In this document: positions 1 through 8,667 of the stretch, in pieces
Layout of the letters: each line of letters begins with the position of its first letter
How positions within the stretch are numbered: the stretch's first letter is position 1
Made by a program: the position numbers and the translations under genes
The notes under the pieces: generated by a model
The model's input: only the letters and a program-made list of their open reading frames with translations
Told to the model about the DNA's origin: nothing
Database searches by the model: none
Assembly: GCF_003945235.1 (NCBI RefSeq)
Contig: NZ_RSDW01000001.1
Span: forward strand, 5,220,001 to 5,252,000
Source: Edaphobacter aggregans
GTDB taxonomy: Bacteria; Acidobacteriota; Terriglobia; Terriglobales; Acidobacteriaceae
Direction of reading: 5' to 3'
DNA: 32,000 bases

Positions 1-291
1 ATCCTCGTCACTATCGTCCAGAGCCGCAGAATGACACACCACAAACGGCCCCTCCCGATCCATGCTGCAGCCATGCAGAGTCCGGGCGACCAGCTCCTTG
101 CCAGTCCCCATCTCACCTCGCACGAGCACTGTCCGAAAGTGTGGTCCGATCCGGTCCACCTGCATGCGCAGCCGCCGCATCGCCACACTGTCCCCAACCA
201 TCTCGAAGCACGGAAGCTCCGCAGCGAGCCCATGTGGTTCCTCAAAACGGGCAGGCGCAACGCCGGAAAGGGAATAGCTGGAAGTCGACAT
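1..291 (-). CDS. sigma-54-dependent transcriptional activator (bEBP), N-terminal 97 codons; gene continues beyond the left edge
   Basis: Own reverse-strand translation from ATG (291-289): MSTSSYSLSGVAPARFEEPHGLAAELPCFEMVGDSVAMRRLRMQVDRIGPHFRTVLVRGEMGTGKELVARTLH... The GExGTGKE Walker A and its context are typical of the sigma-54 interaction AAA+ domain. That domain begins about 30 aa from the N-terminus (PspF-like, no sensor domain). It is absent from the ORF track because no stop lies in the window. Confidence 0.75.
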   Translation of the reverse strand, partial: MSTSSYSLSGVAPARFEEPHGLAAELPCFEMVGDSVAMRRLRMQVDRIGPHFRTVLVRGEMGTGKELVARTLHGCSMDREGPFVVCHSAALDDSDED

Positions 292-332
292 GATTATTCC
301 CTACATCGGCAGATCCAGCCTTCAGGTGAGTC

Positions 333-376
333 CGAAAAACAACAAAGCCGGACACCGCATTGCAGCAGTGTCCGGC
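333..376 (-). terminator. Rho-independent terminator downstream of the bacilliredoxin gene
   Basis: Perfect 9-bp stem GCCGGACAC (347-355) / GTGTCCGGC (368-376) with a 12-nt loop. On the minus strand it is followed by TTTGTTGTTTTTCGG (plus-strand A-tract 333-346). Confidence 0.8.
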
Positions 377-398
377 TCAGTCTCGAATCAGTTGTCTT

Positions 399-824
399 TT
401 ACGCCGTGGTCGTCGCGCAGTATGTATCGAACGCCCGCGTCAGCTCCTGAGCAATCGCCGGAGCCGTCGAGGTCTCAATCGCCGACCGCTGCATCAGGTA
501 CACCAGTTGCCCATCGCGAAGAATCGCAATCGCCGGCGACGTCGGCGGATGTCCGCCGAAGTAGCTACGCGCCTTCTCAGTCGCATCGCGATCCTGCCCC
601 GCAAACACCGTCACCGAATGGTCAGGCTTTGCCGTGTGCTGCATCGCCAGACGAACCCCAGGGCGCATCTTCCCGGCTGCGCACCCGCAGATCGAGTTGA
701 CCACAACCATCGTCGTCCCCGGCTGAGCCAGCGCAGCCTCCACATCAGCCGCCGTCCGTGCTTCCTTCAGCCCTGCCCGAGTCAACTCCTCGCGCATCGG
801 AATCACCATAATCTCTGGATACAT
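399..824 (-). CDS. bacilliredoxin (BrxA/BrxB, YphP/YqiW family, DUF1094)
   Basis: ORF track 399..944; start moved to the internal ATG (MYPEIMVIPMREEL...). VVVNSICGCAAG (CGC redox motif), VTVFAGQD and the overall pattern match my memory of B. subtilis YphP along the full length of about 141 aa. Confidence 0.85.
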   Translation of the reverse strand: MYPEIMVIPMREELTRAGLKEARTAADVEAALAQPGTTMVVVNSICGCAAGKMRPGVRLAMQHTAKPDHSVTVFAGQDRDATEKARSYFGGHPPTSPAIAILRDGQLVYLMQRSAIETSTAPAIAQELTRAFDTYCATTTA

Positions 825-955
825 AAACTCTCCCCTCGAAACCACAAAAGAAACTGAAAACACCCGTCTCCTACGATTGTACGGTCTCCCTCCCCACCAC
901 GCCACCCAGCCACGAATCCCGGCAGGCAACTCATTGCTGTTCAATCTTTAAATCC

Positions 956-2068
956 GTGTACCTCCGTGCATATCCGTGGTCGTCCCATCGATGTTGTACC
1001 CTCGAAACCGTGCCGTCCTCTACCCTCAACATCCAGCAGAACGTCCTGCTCGCCCCGTACACTACCTTCCGCATCGGTGGCCCCGCCCGCTTCTTCGCCA
1101 ACATCACCAGCGAAGCCGCCCTCCTCGAAGCCATCACCTACGCGCGCACCAACTCGCTCCCCATCTTCGTCCTAGGCGGAGGCAGCAACCTCCTCGTCAG
1201 CGACTCTGGCTTCGACGGCCTCGTCCTCCACATCGCCATCGCGCACCCCTTCCAGGCTCAACCCGATGGCAGTCACATCGACTACACCATCACCGCCGGC
1301 TGCGACTGGAACGCCTTCGTCCTCTATATCGCCAAGCAGGGAATCACCGGCATCGAGTGCCTCGCCGGCATCCCCGGCTCCGTCGGCGGCACCCCGGTTC
1401 AAAACGTAGGAGCCTACGGTCAAGAGGTAGCCGACACCATCACTTCCGTCCGCGCCCTCGACCTCGAAACCACCACTTTCGTCGATCTCACCCCCGACGA
1501 GTGCGGCTTCTCCTACCGCCGAAGCATCTTCAACACCACCCACCGCAACCGCTATATCGTCACCACAGTCAGCTTCCGCTTCGACCCCACCGCCAAACCG
1601 AACCTCACCTACGCCGATCTCACTCGCTACTTCGCCGGCCAAACTCCCACCCCCATCGACATCTACCACGCCGTCCGTACTATCCGTCACGGCAAAGGCA
1701 TGCTCCTCGTCGATGGCGAAGCCGACTGCCGCAGCGCAGGCTCCTTCTTCAAAAACCCCATCGTCCCCACCGGAATCCTCACCGCCATCGCCACGACCCT
1801 GAACATCCCCGCCGAAACCATCCCCAACTGGCCCGCCGCCGACGGCCAAACCAAAATCTCGGCCGCATGGCTCCTCGAAAAAGCCGGCTTCCCCAAAGGT
1901 TTCCAACAAGGCAACGCCGGAATCTCCTCACGCCACACTCTGGCCCTGATCAACCGAGGCAACGCCACCGCCGCCGACATCGAAGCCCTACGCGACACCA
2001 TCCGCGCCGAAGTAACAAAGCGCTTCGGTATCCAGCTAGAACAAGAACCCGTCCAGCTAGGCAACTAG
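956..2068 (+). CDS. murB: UDP-N-acetylenolpyruvoylglucosamine reductase
   Basis: LAPYTTFRIGGPARFF, FVLGGGSNLLVSD and AGSFFKNP motifs typical of MurB. The track start at 956 is GTG; an in-frame GTG at 1010 is an equally plausible start. Confidence 0.9.
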   Translation: MYLRAYPWSSHRCCTLETVPSSTLNIQQNVLLAPYTTFRIGGPARFFANITSEAALLEAITYARTNSLPIFVLGGGSNLLVSDSGFDGLVLHIAIAHPFQAQPDGSHIDYTITAGCDWNAFVLYIAKQGITGIECLAGIPGSVGGTPVQNVGAYGQEVADTITSVRALDLETTTFVDLTPDECGFSYRRSIFNTTHRNRYIVTTVSFRFDPTAKPNLTYADLTRYFAGQTPTPIDIYHAVRTIRHGKGMLLVDGEADCRSAGSFFKNPIVPTGILTAIATTLNIPAETIPNWPAADGQTKISAAWLLEKAGFPKGFQQGNAGISSRHTLALINRGNATAADIEALRDTIRAEVTKRFGIQLEQEPVQLGN

Positions 2069-2090
2069 AGTCATTTCCCAACCCACGGTA

Positions 2091-2276
2091 GTTGCAGTTG
2101 CCGTCGCTTTTTTTGTTTGTCATCCCCGAAGAGGATCTGCCGTTGCAGTTGCCTTTTGGTTGTCATCCCGTACGGATCTGCTTCTGTAGTTGCTTTTGCC
2201 TCTAGGTACCCCAAGGCTTCAGCCTTGGTCTCTCAAAAGCCAAAAAGAAAGGGGGCTTCGGCCCCTGGGGTATGCC
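2091..2276. repeat. modular intergenic repeat array, locus 1 (T/G-rich GTTGC units + 2 mini-hairpins + terminal double-hairpin module)
   Basis: TGTCATCCCCGAAGAGGATCTGC (2118-2140) and TGTCATCCCGTACGGATCTGC (2161-2181), each preceded by GTTGCAGTTGCC. These are followed by CCAAGGCTTCAGCCTTGG (2211-2228) and GGGGCTTCGGCCCC (2252-2265) and end in GTATGCC. The same modules recur at four other loci. Confidence 0.85.
2233..2266 (-). terminator. Rho-independent terminator of modC, embedded in the repeat module
   Basis: Minus strand reads GGGGCCGAAGCCCC followed by CTTTCTTTTTGGCTTTTG. It lies 34 nt downstream of the modC stop (2300). Confidence 0.65.
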
Positions 2277-2299
2277 TTCCTCTCCACCCCCAAAACACA

Positions 2300-3046
2300 T
2301 CACTCCCGAAGCCGCTCCATCAACCGCCGCCGCTCCTCCATGAGCACTACCTCCACCGCCCCCTGCTCCATCACCTGACCTTCCGCCATTCGCACAACCT
2401 CCGCCCCAAGCAGATAGCACTCCCCCACATCATGCGATACCGAAAGCACCGGCACCTTCCACTTTCCTAGCCAGTCCCGAAGCGCTACCGCCAACTCATC
2501 CCGAAGCACGCCATCCAGCCAAGCGAAAGGCTCATCCAGCAGAAGCATCGCCTTATCCACACCGTCATACCCCACCGCCGCAGCCACCGCACGAGCCACC
2601 GAAACCCGCTGCCGCTCCCCCCCGCTCAACTCTTCCGTCCTGCGATCAGCCAAAGTAGTCAGCCGCATCAACGCCAGAACATCCTCCAACACCTGCCCAC
2701 CCCCCAACCCAACCCCATACCCAACGTTCTCCCTCACAGTCCGATGCGGAAACAACCTGGCCGCCTGAGCCGCACTTCGCACCGGTCTCAGATGCGCAGG
2801 CACAAACGCCCTTTCCTCCGTACTCACCAGCACCCGTTCCATAGGCCCATAGACGATCCGTCCCGCATCCGGCCGCACAAACCCCGCAATCGCCCGAAGC
2901 ACAGTCGTCTTCCCACTCCCCGAAGGCCCAAACAGCACCGTCCACGGCCGCGTCAGCGCAAAGCTCACATCGAGCCGCAACCCACCCACCCGATGCGCCA
3001 TCTTCACCGCCAGCAGGTTATCGGACAACGTCCACCTGCCTTCCAT
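2300..3046 (-). CDS. modC: molybdate ABC transporter ATP-binding protein
   Basis: Walker A GPSGSGKT, signature LSGGERQRV, Walker B LLLDEPF; immediately downstream of modB. Start placed at ATG 3046 (MEGRWTLSDNLLAVK...), which overlaps the modB stop. ATG 3001 is an alternative. Confidence 0.8.
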   Translation of the reverse strand: MEGRWTLSDNLLAVKMAHRVGGLRLDVSFALTRPWTVLFGPSGSGKTTVLRAIAGFVRPDAGRIVYGPMERVLVSTEERAFVPAHLRPVRSAAQAARLFPHRTVRENVGYGVGLGGGQVLEDVLALMRLTTLADRRTEELSGGERQRVSVARAVAAAVGYDGVDKAMLLLDEPFAWLDGVLRDELAVALRDWLGKWKVPVLSVSHDVGECYLLGAEVVRMAEGQVMEQGAVEVVLMEERRRLMERLRE

Positions 3047-3710
3047 CCATCTTCCTGAACCCCGGCACAAGATAGATCACCAGCAGCGCCGCCAGCGAGA
3101 TCCCCACCAGCAGGAGCGCCGTCCGATTTGCCGCCGCATAATTCCCATCCTGCACCAGGTCATATAGCGAGATCGACAGCGTCCGCGTAGCCCCCGGAAT
3201 ATTCCCACCCAGCATCAGCACTACGCCAAACTCCCCGACCGTATGAGTAAACGCCAGCACCGCACTCGTCAGCAGGGAAGCCCGCGCCATCGGCAGCACA
3301 ACCGTCCGGAAAACCCTCCAAGGCCCAGCCCCCAAACCCGCCGCAGCCTCGACATACCCCTGCTCGACCGCTCCAAACCCAGCCACCAGAGGTTGCACCG
3401 CAAACGGCAGACTGTACAGCACCGACCCCACCAGCAACCCCGTAAAACTAAACGCCAGCGGATGCCCAAACACCCGCATCAACAGTCGCCCCGGAGCCGT
3501 CAGCGGCCCCATCGCCACCAGCAAATAAAACCCCAGCACGGTAGGCGGCAACACCAGCGGCAGAGCCACCAAAGCCTGCACCAACGCCCGCCCCACCCCA
3601 CGCCCCGAAGCAATCCACCAGGCCAGCGGCACCGCGATCACCAGCAAAATCGCCGTAGTGCTCCCCGCCAACCGCAGCGTCAACCAAAGCGCCTGCACAT
3701 CCATGAGCAA
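3018..3710 (-). CDS. modB: molybdate ABC transporter permease
   Basis: 230-aa multi-TM protein. VEAAAGLGAGPWRVFRTVVLPMA and TVGEFGVVLMLGGNIPG resemble the ModB EAA-loop region. Confidence 0.85.
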   Translation of the reverse strand: MLMDVQALWLTLRLAGSTTAILLVIAVPLAWWIASGRGVGRALVQALVALPLVLPPTVLGFYLLVAMGPLTAPGRLLMRVFGHPLAFSFTGLLVGSVLYSLPFAVQPLVAGFGAVEQGYVEAAAGLGAGPWRVFRTVVLPMARASLLTSAVLAFTHTVGEFGVVLMLGGNIPGATRTLSISLYDLVQDGNYAAANRTALLLVGISLAALLVIYLVPGFRKMDGRQVDVVR

Positions 3711-3733
3711 CAGCCTAACGCAGCACTACTCCA

Positions 3734-3753
3734 TGCATGTGCTGGAACATGCA
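3734..3753. promoter_or_regulatory. perfect 20-bp palindrome TGCATGT-N6-ACATGCA, candidate operator in the modB / TonB-like divergent region
   Basis: Read directly: tgcatgt (3734-3740), gctgga, acatgca (3747-3753). It lies 24 nt upstream of the modB start codon. Confidence 0.3.
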
Positions 3754-3810
3754 AGACTCTTTCCGAAAAAGAATATTGGGGGCTACAACCGCAAGCTAAA
3801 ATGATCCCCC

Positions 3811-4680
3811 ATGGCACGTATTCGATTTTCCATTGCATCCATTGCTCTTATTGCTTGCCTTTTTGAGCCCGGCCCCGCAGTATCGCAGGCCACGTCTTCA
3901 CCCGTTGCCGAAACTCCCAAAGCCGCTGTGGACGAGGTGATTTCGATGTTCACCCCCAACGATGCGGTAAACGTAGAAGCCACCGGGAAACCGATGCCCA
4001 CAACCGGCACATGGGGTGCGCAAACAAAGTTTCCAGACGGACAACCGAAGGTCTGTGCCCTTGCTCACGTAGAGTGTGTGATCGTCATCTATCGCGTGCC
4101 GGAAGACAATCTCGTCTGCGAATGGGCCGTCGGATTTGTGAACGTGGTCGAGCCGCAGCCGGATGGCACCATCAAACACGCGACGCACGTCGAGGTGCTC
4201 GATGAAAACGATGCCGCCGCGCGTTACACGTTGAAAAAGGGGTGGGCCAAGGGAGAAGCTCCGAAGCCCGTTGAATTCCAGCGTCCTGACTACCCTTCCA
4301 TAGCACGCTCCGCGCAGGTGGGTGGCGTGGTCACTGTGAGGATCGTCGTCGGCCCGGACGGCCTGGTGAAGAGCGCCATCGCCACCAGCGGACCATCCAT
4401 GTTGCAGGCCCCTGTGCTCGCAGCGGTGCGCCAGTGGAAGTTCGACCCCCTGGAGATCGGTCAACAGCCTACAAGCTTCCGCCTCGACGAACAGTTCGCC
4501 TACAACGTCCAGAAGCCGAGCATCTCGGCTGGCATGGATCCCAGCGGCCACGTCGTACTTCAGGAGGCAGACCCTCGCCTTGACCCGGGATTTCGCTCCA
4601 ATGGCGTCTCCAGCGGCGCATGGGCTACGTGTACTGCTGCGACAGGATGCCAGGCCGCTGCTCCCAACGTACCGAAGTAG
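3811..4680 (+). CDS. secreted protein with C-terminal TonB_C-like domain
   Basis: Signal peptide MARIRFSIASIALIACLFEPGPAVSQA. RPDYPSIARSAQVGGVVTVRIVVGPDGLVKSAIATSGPSMLQAPVLAAVRQWKFDP matches the TonB C-terminal pattern. The N-terminal half is unrecognised. Confidence 0.7.
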   Translation: MARIRFSIASIALIACLFEPGPAVSQATSSPVAETPKAAVDEVISMFTPNDAVNVEATGKPMPTTGTWGAQTKFPDGQPKVCALAHVECVIVIYRVPEDNLVCEWAVGFVNVVEPQPDGTIKHATHVEVLDENDAAARYTLKKGWAKGEAPKPVEFQRPDYPSIARSAQVGGVVTVRIVVGPDGLVKSAIATSGPSMLQAPVLAAVRQWKFDPLEIGQQPTSFRLDEQFAYNVQKPSISAGMDPSGHVVLQEADPRLDPGFRSNGVSSGAWATCTAATGCQAAAPNVPK

Positions 4681-4746
4681 CGCTATGCACTCGAGCCAAC
4701 TCCGCAGATTCACAGCCTAACCAGTCCCGGCGAGCAGATGATCCGG

Positions 4747-6309
4747 TCACTTTGCGATCTTGGGTACCTGCAGCGGAATCTGTAGCGTTCCGAGACGGCC
4801 GCTGGTCGTATCCCACACCGCGAGATAAAGGTATTGATCATCTTTCTTCAGATTGAGCTGCTGATCAAAGGCCAGCGGGATGTCGGGATGTAGCCGCGCC
4901 ACATCTTCGTTCAGCGTCATCGTCACGCGCTCAGCATGGGCGTCGACGGCACGGCCGTCACGATTCAGGACAACGGCGGCGACTCCAAAGATAACCGCCG
5001 ACTGCCCATCAACGGTCTGGCGCGTGAACGCATCAACCGGCAGCGAATAACGAATAGAGAACGGAACATTTCCCTTTTTCGGCGGCAGTGCAGGAATAGA
5101 TACCGTGAGCTTCGTTGCGGAACCGGCTGCCGGGTCCGAAGCCGGCAGCGCCCTGGCATGGAAGATGATAGGAAGACTGCGCGTCGCGGGCACTTGGACC
5201 TTTTCGCCGTCCGGCAACAGGCGCGTCCTCGTCCCCGTCTTCTGCGGCTGCTCGGCGCCTCCCGGACTCCCATCGGCAAAATATCCGCGGCGATAACTCA
5301 GCTGGTAACCCTCTTCGTTCAGCGCCACGCGAACCTTGTGCCACTTGTTGTCGAAGTGCAGGTCATGCGGCGAGTAGGTAAGCGTGTAAAAGCTGCCGTC
5401 GGAGTTGAGGACTCGGTCGGTGATCTCTGTCAGTCCATTGCTGTTGTAAAAGGCTTGCCCTCCAGTAGCTCTCGCCGTCTCATTCATAAGCGACTGTTGA
5501 GCGAACATGGAGAGGCTGGAATAGGTTGTGAGACCACGCGCGTCGATGGGATAAACAGCGATGCGTTCCTGCTCCAGCTCGTCATAAAGAGCGCGCCACA
5601 TCGCGGGATCGTCATAGAGTTCGGCGTCATCGCGGAGATAGAGGGTCGAACCGCCTGAGAACCACAGGACATTTTTTCGGCCCGGCAACTGGCTGAGATA
5701 CGCGGCGATCTGGTGCAGTGTGTCGATGTCGCTCAGGTATTCGCGGCCGGTTGGCGGAATGCGTGGAATGGCCTTGTGCAGAGCGGCCAGCAGCAACGCG
5801 CGATCAGACGTGAAGTCCTGCACCAGAAAACACCCGTTTCCGGCGCGCAGGTAGATAGCGAGAGGCTGACCTTCCGGCTGTTCCTCAAAGAACCTCGTTA
5901 ACTCGTAGTTAAGGTACATCTGGTCGGTAATCCGAAGATTGGCGATGTCGATGATGACAACGTTCAGTACCGGCGGCAGATGCAGGAGATAATCGTTGCT
6001 GTACTCTCCCGCCCGCATCGCCGCTGGCTCCATCTTTGCGGCGGGTGTGCCAGTATGCTCCTCGAATGTGGCGATCCCTTGCGGCTTGTTATTGTCGAAG
6101 ACGCGGAATGCCGACTCTGGAAGGCCGTGTACGGGATTCCCCTTGCGGTCGGTAACGGTAACGTCGGTGAGGACCACCCGCGAGCTTACCTGAATGGTGT
6201 AGGGCGGATTTGCCGACGGCTGGTTTTGAGGCTGAGATTGAGCTGAAGCTGTGAAAAATGAACTAGAAAGCAAGAGGACGAGAACCGTCAACAGTGATCG
6301 CGTGAGCAT
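4747..6309 (-). CDS. VWA-domain secreted protein (acidobacterial VWFA-related type)
   Basis: ORF track 4747..6351; start placed at MLTRSLLTVLVLLLSSSFFTASAQSQ (signal peptide). YTIQVSSRVVLTDVTVTDRKGNPVHGLPESAFRVFDNNKPQ matches the N-terminal signature I associate with the VWFA-related Acidobacterial domain family. Confidence 0.7.
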   Translation of the reverse strand: MLTRSLLTVLVLLLSSSFFTASAQSQPQNQPSANPPYTIQVSSRVVLTDVTVTDRKGNPVHGLPESAFRVFDNNKPQGIATFEEHTGTPAAKMEPAAMRAGEYSNDYLLHLPPVLNVVIIDIANLRITDQMYLNYELTRFFEEQPEGQPLAIYLRAGNGCFLVQDFTSDRALLLAALHKAIPRIPPTGREYLSDIDTLHQIAAYLSQLPGRKNVLWFSGGSTLYLRDDAELYDDPAMWRALYDELEQERIAVYPIDARGLTTYSSLSMFAQQSLMNETARATGGQAFYNSNGLTEITDRVLNSDGSFYTLTYSPHDLHFDNKWHKVRVALNEEGYQLSYRRGYFADGSPGGAEQPQKTGTRTRLLPDGEKVQVPATRSLPIIFHARALPASDPAAGSATKLTVSIPALPPKKGNVPFSIRYSLPVDAFTRQTVDGQSAVIFGVAAVVLNRDGRAVDAHAERVTMTLNEDVARLHPDIPLAFDQQLNLKKDDQYLYLAVWDTTSGRLGTLQIPLQVPKIAK

Positions 6310-6448
6310 CGGTTCACCCCGAGTGACCCAGATGTTGGACGTATGAGGCAAATGGTAAGTTGCTGAGTTCGATAGCGGAAAGCGGTCCCCGTTCTGCCCT
6401 CCAACTACCTGGGTTGCTCGGAATAACGGCCCATCCGGAAATATCCCG

Positions 6449-7246
6449 CTATTTCACCGGAGCCAGCCCCACCTTCGTCAAATTCCCTTGCACCGCCGGA
6501 GTCAGCAGCCAATCCAGAAACGCATGCGCATCCGCCTTCCGCTCCGACTTCGCCATCACCACCGCATACTGCACAATCGGCGGATACTGGCTCGTAGGCA
6601 CCAGCACATAACTCCCCACATCCTTGAAGTGCGGCGAACTCGCAGCCGTCAGCGAGATCAACCCGATCTGCGCATTCCCCGACTCCACAAACTGAGCCGC
6701 CTGCGCAATATTCTCCGCCACCACAAAGTGGGGCTTGGCTGCGTCGTACATCTTCATCTTCTGCAGCGCCGCCGCCGCCGCCCGTCCATACGGAGCATGC
6801 AGCTCATTCGCAATAGCAATCGTCTTCACCCGCGGATCAACCAGCTTCTCGACACTCAGCGGCTGCAGCGGCGAATCCTTCCTGGCCCAAACCACCAGCG
6901 CGCCCTTCGCATAAGCTGTCGGACTCGTCCCATCCGCCAACCCCGCCGCCACCACCTTCTCCGGAAACACAAAATCCGCCCCCAGAAAAAGATCCATCGG
7001 AGCTCCATTCAAAATCTGCTCCGCCAGCATCGACGACGACCCATAGCTCACCACTAGCTTCACACCGGTCGCATGCTCATAAGCCGCAGCCCAAATCGGC
7101 ATCACAGGCTGCAGATCCGCCGCCGCCGCCACCCTCAGCTCCTTCTGCCCCCATGCGCATGAACCCAAAACTCCGCTGAGCATCAGCCCAAGGCACACAT
7201 AAGCAACCCACCTGATCCCTGATCCCTGTTCCCTGATCCCTCGCAT
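6449..7246 (-). CDS. modA: molybdate ABC transporter substrate-binding protein
   Basis: KELRVAAAADLQPVM...VSYGSSSMLAEQILNGAPMDLFLGAD...IAIANELHAPYG...VVAENIAQAAQFVESGNAQIGLIS pattern typical of ModA. Start placed at ATG 7246; lipobox-like VLGSC. Confidence 0.8.
   Translation of the reverse strand: MRGIREQGSGIRWVAYVCLGLMLSGVLGSCAWGQKELRVAAAADLQPVMPIWAAAYEHATGVKLVVSYGSSSMLAEQILNGAPMDLFLGADFVFPEKVVAAGLADGTSPTAYAKGALVVWARKDSPLQPLSVEKLVDPRVKTIAIANELHAPYGRAAAAALQKMKMYDAAKPHFVVAENIAQAAQFVESGNAQIGLISLTAASSPHFKDVGSYVLVPTSQYPPIVQYAVVMAKSERKADAHAFLDWLLTPAVQGNLTKVGLAPVK
7211..7238. repeat. tandem heptanucleotide repeat (CCTGATC x3 plus CCTGTTC)
   Basis: cctgatc cctgatc cctgttc cctgatc read directly. 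It lies in codons 3-12 of the modA reading frame as called here. Confidence 0.8.
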
Positions 7247-7260
7247 ACGGTACCCTAGAC

Positions 7261-8667
7261 GTGACAATGAAACTCCAATCTCATCATCTTAGATGCACCG
7301 AGTGCGGTGCCATCATCACCGCCGATGCTCTCAATAGCATCTTTCGTTGCCCCTCCTGCAACGGCCTCTACGACGTCCTCTACCCCTGGTCGTCGCCCTC
7401 CAACGGTGACCCCGCCGCCTCCCACGCCAGCAATCTCCCCAACGCCAGCGCCCTCCGCTGGCTCTGGCAGGAGCGCCGTACCTCCAGCCTGCCCATCGAC
7501 CAGTCCGGCGTATGGCGCTTCCGCGATCTCCTTCCCATCGTCGACAACCCCGAAAACGCCGTCACCCTCCGCGAGGGCAACACGCCCCTCTACGACCTCC
7601 CGCGCTGCGCCAAAATCGCCGGCATCGACTGGCTTCTCGCCAAGCATCAGGGCATGAACCCCACCGGCTCCTTCAAAGACACCGGCATGACCGCCGCGCT
7701 CTCCGTAGCCGCCGAGCGCAACTACGAGTGGGTCGCCTGCGCCTCCACCGGCAACACCTCCGCCGCCATGGCCGCCTACGCCGCCCGAGCCGGCCTCCGC
7801 AGCATCGTCTTCATCCCCGAAGGCAAGATCGCCTGGGGCAAGCTCTCCCAGTCCATGGACTACGGCGCCCTCACCATCCAGCTCAAAACCGACTTCGACG
7901 GTTGCGTCCGCATCCTCACGGACCTCGTCAACCGATTCCCCATCTACCTGCTCAACTCGGTGAACCCCTACCGCCTCGAAGGCCAGAAGACCCCCGCCTT
8001 CGAGCTCCTCGAACAACTCGAGTGGCAGGTTCCCGAGCACGTCATCGTCCCCGGCGGCAACCTCGCCAACGGCTCCGCGCTCGCCAAGGGCTTCACCGAG
8101 ATGCACCACCTCGGCCTCATCCCCCGCATCCCCAAGATCAGCATCATCCAGGCCGAAGGCGCCAACCCCCTCTTCCGCACCATCGAAGAGAACGGGGGCA
8201 GGGAACTGATCCCCGTCAAAGCCAATACCCGGGCCACTGCCATCCGCATCGGCAACCCAGCCTCCTGGCGCAAGGCCCTACGAGCCCTCCGCACCACAGG
8301 CGGCTGGTGCGAGCAAGCTTCCGAGCAGGAGATCGCCCTCGCCAAGGCCGAGATCGGCGCCGAAGGCGTAGGCTGCGAACCCGCCTCCGCCGTCACCCTG
8401 GCCGGCCTCAAGAAGCTCGTAGCCCAGGGCAAGATCACCCGCGAAGAGCGCGTAGTCCTCGTCCTCACCGGCCACACCCTCAAGGACTCCACCTACACCA
8501 TTGACTACCACCGTGGCGAACTCTTCAACGAAGCCGAAAACGCCCAGATCAGCCCCGCCGATCAGACGCTCCACGCCGCCCTCCGCAAACCCCCCATCGT
8601 CCTCGAACCCGACTCCGACATAGTCCTACGCGAACTAGAATCCCAGATGAAGCTGACCCACGCATGA
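7261..8667 (+). CDS. thrC: threonine synthase
   Basis: PLP-lysine motif NPTGSFKDTGMT, an N-terminal Cys4 ribbon (CTECG...CPSCNG), and a downstream thrB overlapping by 4 nt. The start is either GTG 7261 or ATG 7267. Confidence 0.9.
   Translation: MTMKLQSHHLRCTECGAIITADALNSIFRCPSCNGLYDVLYPWSSPSNGDPAASHASNLPNASALRWLWQERRTSSLPIDQSGVWRFRDLLPIVDNPENAVTLREGNTPLYDLPRCAKIAGIDWLLAKHQGMNPTGSFKDTGMTAALSVAAERNYEWVACASTGNTSAAMAAYAARAGLRSIVFIPEGKIAWGKLSQSMDYGALTIQLKTDFDGCVRILTDLVNRFPIYLLNSVNPYRLEGQKTPAFELLEQLEWQVPEHVIVPGGNLANGSALAKGFTEMHHLGLIPRIPKISIIQAEGANPLFRTIEENGGRELIPVKANTRATAIRIGNPASWRKALRALRTTGGWCEQASEQEIALAKAEIGAEGVGCEPASAVTLAGLKKLVAQGKITREERVVLVLTGHTLKDSTYTIDYHRGELFNEAENAQISPADQTLHAALRKPPIVLEPDSDIVLRELESQMKLTHA

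Noticed and set aside
976-2091. Very long alternative-frame and antisense ORFs overlapping real genes. Examples are 976..2091, 1172..1909, 7255..8109, 7512..8504, 12776..13687 and 18240..19871.
   Set aside because: They are Arg/Pro/His- or Gly/Asp/Val-rich low-complexity translations, typical of off-frame reading in high-GC, strongly skewed DNA. Each overlaps a gene with clear family motifs.
3711-7260. Molybdenum-cofactor (Moco) riboswitch upstream of modA or modB.
   Set aside because: The modA upstream gap to thrC is only 14-20 nt. The modB upstream region is about 100 nt and shows only a 20-bp palindrome, not the multi-stem Moco architecture.
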